Shown: piece by piece, positions 18,171 through 25,761 of the stretch
How the letters are laid out: each line of letters opens with the position of its first letter
How positions within the stretch are numbered: the stretch's first letter is position 1
Origin: a virus
Taxonomy: Duplodnaviria; Caudoviricetes
Virus record (IMG/VR): IMGVR_UViG_3300032277_000061
Span: 1-28,417 of that record
Length of the DNA stretch: 28,417 bases
Direction: 5' to 3' (one strand)
Made by a program: the position numbers and the translations under genes
The notes under the pieces: model-generated
The model's database searches: none
Told to the model about the DNA's origin: nothing
What the model saw: only the letters and a program-made list of their open reading frames with translations

Positions 18171-19651
18171 TATCTAGACATCCACGATGAGGGAGCGGGT
18201 TTTTGGTAAGGCATTTTTTTTATATCAACATTTTCTAGCTCGCCAACATAATGCATACAAATATACTGAAATGCATCTTGAATATGAGACCACTTATCTT
18301 TTTTTGGCAACTCTTTAAAACCCTCTGTTGACAGACTGTTAATTCGCTCGTACACATATCGACCATTTAAACCCTCGATAAGAGTCTTGCTGGTTGGTGA
18401 TATTATGCACATTGGTTCGGCATTTGTCAACTTATTGAGTACATTCTTTACACTATCCAGTCGTCTTTTTATAGAGTTAGACCGAGCAGCAAAAGCATTT
18501 ATGCCATGTTTACTCAATACTTGGAACGCAAAAGAAGCGTCTGTATCTTTTCGATTGTTACCAGATGGGTCTCCAACTGCAGTGTACGTTGCATTGGGGA
18601 ATCTATTTCTCACATAGGGCAAAAATATTTTAGAACAGAATTCATCAATTGATATATCAGTACCACCACACTCGCCTAACACATACAATCTTCTGTCTAT
18701 ATACTGAACAAACACGCAGCACGGGTCTAATCCAAAGTCTAACCCCATGCCAACGGGGTAATTTGGGTCGTAAGAAATCTCTTGAGGAGATACATGTAAG
18801 TGACTTGAAAACTCAGGATAAACAGGCTTACCATCCCTTGTGTATCCATACTCACCCATACCATACACACGAACATAATCCTCTGTAGATACGTCTATCA
18901 TGTTTTGATAATACTGAACTCCAACATTACGTATATTCTCTGCAAACTCATTAACCTTAAAGTCTCCATTCTGGTCTTTATAAACTGCTGGAGGTTGTTT
19001 GAATATCTCCATGTTTTTAGGAACTTTTCCAGTCTCAAACTTTTGATATATCCAGTTGTGCTCATCCGGCGCATTTGTGTCAACGATGATGCATTTGTGG
19101 CAAACCGGAACATCCTTTTTGTTGGGAAATCTAAGTCGATATATAAGTGCTTGGTATACTTCAAAGGGAAGCTCTCTCCCTTCATTCACCCATACTCCGG
19201 TAACCTCTCTAGAAAGTAATTTCTTCTCATCTTTCTTACCGCTTACAGCAAGAAATTCAATTTCAAGATTAACTTTAAGTTCAGGTATTTTTATGTTGAC
19301 AGTGATGGGATGACTTAACTTTGGATGTCCAAGGCTTCCGAACCACTCTTGCCACGTCTTCATAGTAGTCCCGATGAGCTCAGGATAAGTGTTTCTAATG
19401 ATTACCCACCTGCTCTCACGCCAGCCAGTGGCAGGATGAATAGGCATCAAGGAAGCTTGTCTAAAGATTTCAAAGCAGCATGTTACAGATTTACCAGACC
19501 CTACGGGGCCCATAATCACTTTTAGCAGGGCATTAGATTTATGGAAGAGGGCGCCTGTGGGGCTTGCTACGTAGCTTATAGCTTCCGCTGATACCTCGAC
19601 TTCATAATCGTACTCATCCTCTTCTAGCCAGCTAGGTTCAGATTCAGTCAT
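18170..19651 (-). CDS. terL: Terminase large subunit
   Basis: Walker A GPVGSGKS, Walker B GVWVNE, coupling motif DTN, nuclease GLDFG...SHIQDAFQY. Likely start ATG 19651 overlapping the terS stop (ATGACTGA). Confidence 0.95.
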   Translation of the reverse strand: MTESEPSWLEEDEYDYEVEVSAEAISYVASPTGALFHKSNALLKVIMGPVGSGKSVTCCFEIFRQASLMPIHPATGWRESRWVIIRNTYPELIGTTMKTWQEWFGSLGHPKLSHPITVNIKIPELKVNLEIEFLAVSGKKDEKKLLSREVTGVWVNEGRELPFEVYQALIYRLRFPNKKDVPVCHKCIIVDTNAPDEHNWIYQKFETGKVPKNMEIFKQPPAVYKDQNGDFKVNEFAENIRNVGVQYYQNMIDVSTEDYVRVYGMGEYGYTRDGKPVYPEFSSHLHVSPQEISYDPNYPVGMGLDFGLDPCCVFVQYIDRRLYVLGECGGTDISIDEFCSKIFLPYVRNRFPNATYTAVGDPSGNNRKDTDASFAFQVLSKHGINAFAARSNSIKRRLDSVKNVLNKLTNAEPMCIISPTSKTLIEGLNGRYVYERINSLSTEGFKELPKKDKWSHIQDAFQYICMHYVGELENVDIKKMPYQKPAPSSWMSR

Positions 19652-20018
19652 TCTCTTTATCAGAATCGACAGACTCTGCAGGCTCTCCAAAGTTCATATT
19701 AAAAGAAATGTTTCTACCATCACTTGATGAAACGTCAATAGCTTTAATTGTAGGCGCACAGTACTTATACATGTTATTAATCAATTGAACCTTATATTTA
19801 ATAGTACATTCAGGGTCATTAAACAAAGCAAGAGATTCGTTTACAAGATCAAAACCCTCCTCTTTCAATCTAGAAACTACATTATAGTATTTATCTTGAG
19901 ATAAACGATTAGTCTTTGCACCCTTTGGCCTTCCGCCCGGATTTCCAGAAACTCCTTTAACAAACACACCGCTCGGGTCTCTTGGCACTTCAGACTTTAC
20001 TTCATCTTCAGCAGACAT
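19644..20018 (-). CDS. terS: Terminase small subunit
   Basis: GVFVKGVSGNPGGRPKG (DUF5681-like motif common in TerS); directly upstream of terL. Confidence 0.8.
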   Translation of the reverse strand: MSAEDEVKSEVPRDPSGVFVKGVSGNPGGRPKGAKTNRLSQDKYYNVVSRLKEEGFDLVNESLALFNDPECTIKYKVQLINNMYKYCAPTIKAIDVSSSDGRNISFNMNFGEPAESVDSDKEND

Positions 20019-20032
20019 TCTATTGATTTTCT

Positions 20033-20081
20033 CCTGTTATTTACCTGTTAATCCTGTTTCGCTCACCTGTTTTCACCTGTT
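20033..20081 (-). repeat. Five direct copies of AACAGG (CCTGTT on +) in the late leader
   Basis: CCTGTT starts at 20033, 20044, 20053, 20066 and 20076. The copy nearest terS forms its SD (AACAGGAG). Confidence 0.85.
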
Positions 20082-20148
20082 TTCAGTTATCCGGAATTTC
20101 CGACATACTGAAGTATAAAGGATTACTTGACAGTTGAATTGTACACAC

Positions 20149-20177
20149 ATTATACAAACGATAGATTTCAATGTCAA
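20149..20177 (-). promoter_or_regulatory. Late-operon promoter, perfect sigma70 consensus
   Basis: Minus strand TTGACA (20177-20172), 17 bp spacer, TATAAT (20154-20149). Confidence 0.85.
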
Positions 20178-20190
20178 ACATTAATGTTTT
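20175..20190. promoter_or_regulatory. Operator copy 2
   Basis: CAAACA-TTAA-TGTTTT overlapping the late -35. Confidence 0.6.
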
Positions 20191-20233
20191 TTATAAAAAA
20201 GACAAAAAAAACACTGATTTTCTATAAAAACTC

Positions 20234-20262
20234 TTGACACACTAAACAAAAATGTTTAATAT
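20234..20262 (+). promoter_or_regulatory. Promoter of the accessory operon, containing operator copy 3
   Basis: TTGACA (20234-20239), 17 bp spacer, TAATAT (20257-20262). Perfect palindrome TAAACA-AAAA-TGTTTA at 20243-20258. Confidence 0.75.
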
Positions 20263-20305
20263 TAACTTGTAGTGATGGTGCTACATGAAGAAAACGGAGA
20301 TTAAC

Positions 20306-20491
20306 ATGACTATTGAGAAAATCACAAACAAACACCCCTTAAGCATGACTGCTGATGAAAAAGAATTCTTAGAAGAAGTTTTACTTGAGTGTAAACGAGA
20401 AGACTTATGCTTCGCAGATGAATGGGTTCAAGAGCTACATCAGAAAGTTCAAGATGAAAGTTCACTTGATTTAATTTTAGCTAATTTTTAA
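20306..20491 (+). CDS. Hypothetical acidic protein
   Basis: GGAG SD before ATG 20306 (track start is 20285); first gene after the promoter. Confidence 0.65.
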   Translation: MTIEKITNKHPLSMTADEKEFLEEVLLECKREDLCFADEWVQELHQKVQDESSLDLILANF

Positions 20492-20503
20492 AGGAGGTTA
20501 TTT

Positions 20504-20812
20504 GTGAAAATTAAGAAGAGGCTGAAAATTACGAAAGAATTGCTGAGAAGCGATGAATATGAGGTTGAATGTCGTATAGAGAGCGCAGAACGCAGCTTAG
20601 CTAGGCTTTGCAAAAGATTTGACTTTAAAAAAGCATCTATAAGTATATCCCACATTCCGTTAGAATCCATCCCTTATGGAACGGGCCCAGACGTGCAGAA
20701 AATACTTTTTGAGATTGATCGCATAGAGTCGATAATTCAAGCCGCTGAAAAAATAATTGGCAGAAGCATTGAAACTTGTTATGAGATTAGCAAAAGATAT
20801 AAGGAGATTTGA
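20504..20812 (+). CDS. Hypothetical protein
   Basis: GGAGG SD, GTG start, tight operon packing. Confidence 0.7.
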   Translation: MKIKKRLKITKELLRSDEYEVECRIESAERSLARLCKRFDFKKASISISHIPLESIPYGTGPDVQKILFEIDRIESIIQAAEKIIGRSIETCYEISKRYKEI

Positions 20813-20813
20813 C

Positions 20814-21143
20814 ATGACAAAAGAAGAATTACAAAAAACAAAAGATAAAATTAATAAGTTTCGAGAAGACGCACTTTCCGATTTAGATGATTTAATGGTA
20901 ATTTCTGAACCATTGCGACGCTACTTTTCACAAAAAGGGGGTAGCCTTCCGGAGGGGTACGATATGGGTGATATTACAATAGAGTTCAATCATATTTTTC
21001 TAAGACTTAGGGTTATAAGAGAAATCATAGGTGAGGCATCTCAAAAAATTCATAATAAGGTAGTAGAGTCTGAAAAGACAGTTAAGCAATACAGAACCCG
21101 AGCAAAACAATTACATGAAGATAACCAAGGAGATTTAAAATGA
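20814..21143 (+). CDS. Hypothetical coiled-coil protein
   Basis: AAGGAG SD before ATG 20814; stop overlaps the csrA start (ATGA). Confidence 0.7.
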   Translation: MTKEELQKTKDKINKFREDALSDLDDLMVISEPLRRYFSQKGGSLPEGYDMGDITIEFNHIFLRLRVIREIIGEASQKIHNKVVESEKTVKQYRTRAKQLHEDNQGDLK

Positions 21144-21412
21144 AATATACAGACAAAAACGGCATGCTAGTACTAACACGCAGACCACACGAATACGTAC
21201 TGATAGGACCCAATGGAGAGATTGAGGTTACCGTTCTTGGTGTTCGAGGAAATCAAGTTAAGTTAGGTTTTAAAGCGCCCAAAAACATTCCGGTACATCG
21301 AGAAGAAGTATACGATAGAATCGAACGAGAAAAGCCCGACAACTTTGGAAATCGCATAGATAACGAATCTATTAACGAAGCTGTGTGTACTGAATTTCAT
21401 GAGGTGGCATGA
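21140..21412 (+). CDS. csrA: Carbon storage regulator CsrA/RsmA-family RNA-binding protein
   Basis: MLVLTRR..E...IG....[18 protein letters not shown]...VHREEVY.RI signature, with the RNA-binding Arg of HREE intact. Confidence 0.95.
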   Translation: MKYTDKNGMLVLTRRPHEYVLIGPNGEIEVTVLGVRGNQVKLGFKAPKNIPVHREEVYDRIEREKPDNFGNRIDNESINEAVCTEFHEVA

Positions 21413-21897
21413 TGGATATTACAGGTGCCGAAATTACAAAATTTAATATTAAATACGGACAAAGGGCTTGCATAAGATGCAGAGCATACTTAAAACCTAT
21501 ACTTATTGAAGTAACGGGTTATCGTCGTACAGGTGGGTTATTTTGCACATTATCTTTTCAAGAAAAAGAAGAGTCATACTCTTCTAAGAATAATAATTTC
21601 CCAGAACCAGAAAACATAAGCGTGATGACAGAGCTCTTTATTGTCGATAAAACCGAAATTTCAATTTCTACGTCAGTTAAGGGTAGTCTGAGCGGAAAAG
21701 AGTATGATGAAGACGAACCATACGACAAAGAATATTCGTTTAGCTGCACTCCCTTATTATTAATTCCGAGCAACAAGATAGAAGCTTTTGAAGATGATGA
21801 TGAACCTTCTCTTATCGTAGGCCTTACAAGAAATTACTACCCCATCGAATTTGTATGTCCTTCTAAGGTTGATTTTTATCATAAAAATAGGGAGTGA
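21409..21897 (+). CDS. Hypothetical protein
   Basis: GAGG SD, ATGA coupling to csrA; one CxxC; no family recognised. Confidence 0.65.
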   Translation: MMDITGAEITKFNIKYGQRACIRCRAYLKPILIEVTGYRRTGGLFCTLSFQEKEESYSSKNNNFPEPENISVMTELFIVDKTEISISTSVKGSLSGKEYDEDEPYDKEYSFSCTPLLLIPSNKIEAFEDDDEPSLIVGLTRNYYPIEFVCPSKVDFYHKNRE

Positions 21898-21900
21898 TTT

Positions 21901-22098
21901 ATGATGCACATTATTTATATATTAACTGGATTATTCTTGATTGGGATTCAAATCCACGTTGTGTTGACTGAGCCGAAATTAGACCTTGCGAGGTCCGTTC
22001 TTTTATTTATTGTCATGTCTGCCATCATTTTCTTTTTAGCAAATAGCTATGTAGAGTTTGTGCGGCTTATATGTAATTTGCCAATTGCGGGGAAATGA
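21901..22098 (+). CDS. Small two-TM membrane protein
   Basis: GGGAG SD, two hydrophobic segments. Confidence 0.6.
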   Translation: MMHIIYILTGLFLIGIQIHVVLTEPKLDLARSVLLFIVMSAIIFFLANSYVEFVRLICNLPIAGK

Positions 22099-22101
22099 AT
22101 T

Positions 22102-22644
22102 ATGCACACAACAAAAAGCTGGACAGATGAATGTGGTTTCTTTAACCAGGAATTTATACTTACATATGATTGCGTATTTTCAACGGCGGGAGAACCCATG
22201 GGGCCGGGAAGTTGGGATAGAGATCGGCTAACTTTTTTGCTAGACACGGACATTAACAATCCAGAAGCGCTGCTTATAAAGTCGTTATTTTTTTCATACT
22301 CAAAAGAGATTGATGGGTATTTAGCGCTTATGTCAATGAGCTATCGCTACCGAAGTCAAAGTGGTGAATTATGCTACTTACATCGCGATATTAGATTCAA
22401 TGGAGTATTGAGCATGCATTCAAATTTCTGGGGTTTGGAACCTGGTTCTTTTGATTTTACAACGCCGCAGATAACACTGAGAATAGAAAATTTCAAAGTA
22501 ATAGTTACAGTTACAGCAGATTCACAAGAAGAAATAAGACTAATAGAGGGAGAAGAGGAGGTTGAGTTTGATTTCTTTGACGAAAACAATAAGTGGAAGA
22601 GACGAGAGGCTGAGAGGATGAAGGATGAATCTAATGAAAATTAA
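22102..22644 (+). CDS. Hypothetical protein
   Basis: 180-aa ORF in a tightly packed operon. Confidence 0.65.
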   Translation: MHTTKSWTDECGFFNQEFILTYDCVFSTAGEPMGPGSWDRDRLTFLLDTDINNPEALLIKSLFFSYSKEIDGYLALMSMSYRYRSQSGELCYLHRDIRFNGVLSMHSNFWGLEPGSFDFTTPQITLRIENFKVIVTVTADSQEEIRLIEGEEEVEFDFFDENNKWKRREAERMKDESNEN

Positions 22645-22822
22645 TTTTTCAATTTTAGATATTTTGTTTTCTATACCGCTTCTTATAAATTACGTTCACG
22701 TGGTCGGCGTAGATTGGAGATTTATATTGGCCATCTCTATACTTTCATTCGCAATATTCTCATTAATTTTATTTATTTTAGTGAGCATAGCAAGCCCAAA
22801 AACTTATAGAGAATGGATTTAA
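22634..22822 (+). CDS. Small two-TM membrane protein
   Basis: AAGGA SD before ATG 22634 (alternative start 22625); very hydrophobic. Confidence 0.6.
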   Translation: MKINFSILDILFSIPLLINYVHVVGVDWRFILAISILSFAIFSLILFILVSIASPKTYREWI

Positions 22823-23229
22823 TAATGCACGTAGAATTTTTAAAAAAAAATAGTTATATTTTTATAGACAGCGATAAAGTTTGCGACAGAATAATTATAA
22901 ACCATTACAGAGACGAACATAAAAATGACGCTCTAAATTATCTGTGTTTTAAAAAAGGGGGGAATATTACAACTCATAAAGAGGAGCTTACAGAGGAAGA
23001 AGAACCATTTGTCTCGAGGGGACCATACGAACTAAAAGACAATAGAAACGAAACATTTGAAGTTGTTGATTTAACATACCCAGAACAAAGAGTGGAAATA
23101 ATAATAGAGTCCACCCTTGAAATTATTCCATTTTACAAATCAACAGCATTTGAAATATTACCAATTTTTAGAGAAGATCTAATTACAGGGTTTCAAATAA
23201 TTAAAAAAAAGTCACTAAGAGGAAGATAA
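22813..23229 (+). CDS. Hypothetical protein
   Basis: 138-aa ORF continuing the operon; start uncertain. Confidence 0.6.
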   Translation: MDLIMHVEFLKKNSYIFIDSDKVCDRIIINHYRDEHKNDALNYLCFKKGGNITTHKEELTEEEEPFVSRGPYELKDNRNETFEVVDLTYPEQRVEIIIESTLEIIPFYKSTAFEILPIFREDLITGFQIIKKKSLRGR

Positions 23230-23231
23230 AA

Positions 23232-23321
23232 ATGAAAGAACTGGAGATAGTCACAGAGAATCAGATAAGAAAGAATTCTTTAGATTGGAAGTTAAGCTAT
23301 ATAAAACCGGTGAAATTCTAA
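23232..23321 (+). CDS. Possible 29-aa peptide
   Basis: GAGG SD; ATG two bases after the previous stop (MKELEIVTENQIRKNSLDWKLSYIKPVKF). Confidence 0.3.
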   Translation: MKELEIVTENQIRKNSLDWKLSYIKPVKF

Positions 23322-23371
23322 TTAAAATAGAACACCCAGATGATTTTGAATGGCATACGTGTTAAATAGAG

Positions 23372-23692
23372 TTACTTTTCGGTATCTTTTTTCTCTTCAT
23401 CAGTAAGCTTTATCAAAGCCTCTATAGCATTAATATCTGCCGCAGTTATCTCAAGACGGACCACTTGCACGGGAGGATGGTTTGTCCTTTTCCTATACCA
23501 TAAAATCTCACACTCTTCGAAAGCGATAAGAATACCAACAACAACAATACCGACAAATTTGCCAACATTTATTACGCTATAATTACCCTCTTTTACATTT
23601 TTTAATATCTCCCTAATTGATTCGACCGCATCTAGAATTTTACTCAAATTAATTAAGCGGCCTTTACGTATCGCTCCTCGATCTTCGAGCAA
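23372..23692 (-). CDS. Hypothetical protein with one hydrophobic segment
   Basis: Follows rusA on the same strand; TTG start uncertain. Confidence 0.45.
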   Translation of the reverse strand: MLEDRGAIRKGRLINLSKILDAVESIREILKNVKEGNYSVINVGKFVGIVVVGILIAFEECEILWYRKRTNHPPVQVVRLEITAADINAIEALIKLTDEEKKDTEK

Positions 23693-24129
23693 AAATATTC
23701 ACAACCATTCCCAAACTCAAATCTAGGGTTAACCATGAAATTAAATTTTCTCAAGTCAGAAACGAGACATTTAACTTCGCCGCCCTTGGGTGCCACATCC
23801 AACATGTGAATCAAAGTTTGCCAGCATAGAGAGTCATCAGAATATACGCCGCCCTGCTTCAAACCGTCTTGTATCCCCTTCAGCAAGTTATCCCCATCTC
23901 TAACCCTCCAGTCCGGCCGAAATACAGCTATCTGAAGCAATACTGGCGTTTTAAAAGGCTCTCTTTTGTGAGAACCCGCTTCCCAGCAGCACCACTTTGA
24001 CATTTCTAGAAATTTTCGGGCCTTCGGCTTTAGATATTTCCCATGCTTTGCATCGCCATAATAATCGTTAACACTCGGTGGGTAAGGTAGTGTAACCAGG
24101 AAATCGTCTAAAAATTTATCATTTCTCAT
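23653..24129 (-). CDS. rusA: RusA-family Holliday junction resolvase
   Basis: LPYPPSVN.YY and PD.R.RDGDNLLKGIQDGL...GVYSDDS catalytic motifs. Confidence 0.92.
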   Translation of the reverse strand: MRNDKFLDDFLVTLPYPPSVNDYYGDAKHGKYLKPKARKFLEMSKWCCWEAGSHKREPFKTPVLLQIAVFRPDWRVRDGDNLLKGIQDGLKQGGVYSDDSLCWQTLIHMLDVAPKGGEVKCLVSDLRKFNFMVNPRFEFGNGCEYFCSKIEERYVKAA

Positions 24130-24180
24130 GTGAGCTCCATTAAGCAGTCTAGGTTAGTTTTTTTAATTTAAAGGTGGTTT

Positions 24181-25242
24181 CTATGCTATGTCCGGCAAAT
24201 CAGCTTCTGAGCATCCTGTATGGGCCTCATACTCGAACTTTATGAAGCACTCTTTGATAATATGTCGATGATAGTCTTCTAACGACTTAAATCCAACCGG
24301 ATAACCATTTTTACCATTAAGCCCACCTCCATACACGAAAGTTCGGATTGTTTCCGGTTTTCGATATTTATCTACAAGCAATATTTCTTTATACGACCTT
24401 TCTTTGAAAAGTTCGTCACCTTTTTTTATAAAATAAGCTTTGTCAGCGCTTGTCAGCGCATTAAACCACAAGTTGAACGCGATTAGAATCTTCTTTTCTT
24501 CTCTCTTCTCTTGCTTTTCTTTTTTTATTTTGTCTAATTTCTGTGACATTTCCCGCTCTTCGCGTCTTTTCTGAAAAATAATCTCATTTTTCGATTGATA
24601 TCCCGGGCTGTAGTATTGCTTTCCTTTTGCTAATATCGAGAAAAGGTAGTCTTTGGGGCTCTTCACGCTCTTTCCCTTCTCAGTCGTTAGAAAATTTGAG
24701 AAATGATCAATCGATAGCTGGATTTCATCTGCAGAAAGCACAGCCTTCTCACGAAGCTGACGAAGTTGAGACACCCCAAATCCAGAATAGGCAAGTTCTG
24801 AGAAATCTATATACCCCCAATCCCCATCAAGCGTGTTTTTATATTCGTCCTCTTTTTGTTCCAATTCATTATTTTCAGACACTAGTTCTTTACTAACTAG
24901 TATATTATTAGAGTGAGGTCGCTGTTCCGACACATCTGTCGGTGATTCCGACACAATTTCGCCGTTAGACCGACATACTTTTTGTACAAAAAAAGACCTA
25001 CCTGTGGATAAGTCTTCTCTCGAATCAACGGATAGTTTTACATATGTTACATTTTTTCTTTGAGCAAACCCCTTTTTGCATATTTCAGCTATTCTTCTTT
25101 CGACGGTTCTGAGGGTTATGTCCATCTGTGTGGACATTATCTTTTTTAGTTCTGCGCTAATATAGCCGCCTTCAAACAAGTCTACGCCGTGGGTTGCGAA
25201 AAAGTTTAGCGCCATCATTGCGCCGTCTGATAATCTATTCAT
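24181..25242 (-). CDS. Phage replication initiator (lambda O-like architecture)
   Basis: N-terminal wHTH-like MDITLRTVERRIAEICKKGF; low-complexity linker coinciding with DNA repeats; VKSPKDYL.SIL motif; upstream of rusA; AGGAG SD. Confidence 0.65.
   Translation of the reverse strand: MNRLSDGAMMALNFFATHGVDLFEGGYISAELKKIMSTQMDITLRTVERRIAEICKKGFAQRKNVTYVKLSVDSREDLSTGRSFFVQKVCRSNGEIVSESPTDVSEQRPHSNNILVSKELVSENNELEQKEDEYKNTLDGDWGYIDFSELAYSGFGVSQLRQLREKAVLSADEIQLSIDHFSNFLTTEKGKSVKSPKDYLFSILAKGKQYYSPGYQSKNEIIFQKRREEREMSQKLDKIKKEKQEKREEKKILIAFNLWFNALTSADKAYFIKKGDELFKERSYKEILLVDKYRKPETIRTFVYGGGLNGKNGYPVGFKSLEDYHRHIIKECFIKFEYEAHTGCSEADLPDIA
24880..25011. other. Putative replication origin (AT-rich tract, CCGACA iterons, DnaA box)
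   Basis: TTCCGACACA at 24925 and 24946, inverted TGTCGG at 24937, CCGACATA at 24970. TGTGGATAA (reverse complement TTATCCACA) at 25003-25011. AT-rich stretch about 24890-24910. Confidence 0.65.
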
Positions 25243-25281
25243 TGTTTCTCCTATGTTGATTTTATATAACTATCAAGTTAT

Positions 25282-25310
25282 AGTATTAACAGATAAAACA
25301 AAAATGTTAA
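25282..25310 (-). promoter_or_regulatory. Promoter of the rep-rusA operon with operator copy 4
   Basis: Minus strand TTAACA (25310-25305), 17 bp spacer, AATACT (25287-25282). AAAACA-AAAA-TGTTAA at 25295-25310. Confidence 0.55.
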
Positions 25311-25378
25311 AGGCTATTTGTGAATTTTAAGATATATCTCACAAATAAATTCAATTTTTTTCTGATTTGGAGGTTTGT

Positions 25379-25714
25379 ATGTCAGAAATACGTCAAGAGT
25401 TGAAAGGTATGCACGTAGTTACGGCGTGGGAAAAGAGTATCATTGATAACTATAAAGCACGTGCAGATGAGTATATTGAGACAAAGGTGGGTAGAGGAGC
25501 GTCTAAATATGTTAGGAATTTGGTGGAAGTGATGAAGCATTACCCAACATTTTCTGATTTTTTTAAAGCAGTAGGTCGCTCTAGGTGTGGAATATGGCAT
25601 ATGCTAAATAGTTCACATGTGAATATGTATGGTGTTACGCCCGAATTTGCTGAGCAAATAGAGAAATTAACTTGCGGAAAGTACAAAAAAGAAGATTTTT
25701 GCAGAAATGTTTAA
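25379..25714 (+). CDS. Cro/YdaS-like HTH transcriptional regulator
   Basis: GGAGG SD before ATG 25379. FSDFFKAVGRSRCGIWHML (HTH-like) and AEQIEKLTCGKYKKEDF resembling the YdaS/Cro A..IE..T.G.V...DL tail. Confidence 0.65.
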   Translation: MSEIRQELKGMHVVTAWEKSIIDNYKARADEYIETKVGRGASKYVRNLVEVMKHYPTFSDFFKAVGRSRCGIWHMLNSSHVNMYGVTPEFAEQIEKLTCGKYKKEDFCRNV

Positions 25715-25732
25715 TTTTTTTTGAAAAAGGTG

Positions 25733-25761
25733 TTGACATTTTTGTTTAAGGGTAATATCAT
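25733..25761 (+). promoter_or_regulatory. Promoter of the recombination arm with operator copy 5
   Basis: TTGACA (25733-25738), 17 bp spacer, TATCAT (25756-25761). TTGACA-TTTT-TGTTTA at 25733-25748. Confidence 0.75.

Noticed and set aside
1295-19525. Many 60-150 aa plus-strand and nested ORFs within the structural genes (e.g. 2274-2717, 5658-5969, 13922-14164, 16482-16880, 18898-19185)
   Set aside because: Antisense or out-of-frame shadows of well-supported long genes; no recognisable motifs.
20033-20081. AACAGG array as a mini-CRISPR or coding repeat
   Set aside because: Units are 6 bp with 3-7 bp gaps, far too short for CRISPR, and an in-frame stop separates them from terS.
20127-20156. 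Additional plus-strand promoter (TTGACA at 20127)
   Set aside because: Best -10 is TATACA at 18 bp spacing, lacking the conserved final T; the hexamer is also part of a palindrome.
21901-22822. Two-TM proteins as holins
   Set aside because: No endolysin nearby and they lie in an apparently early accessory operon; function left unassigned.
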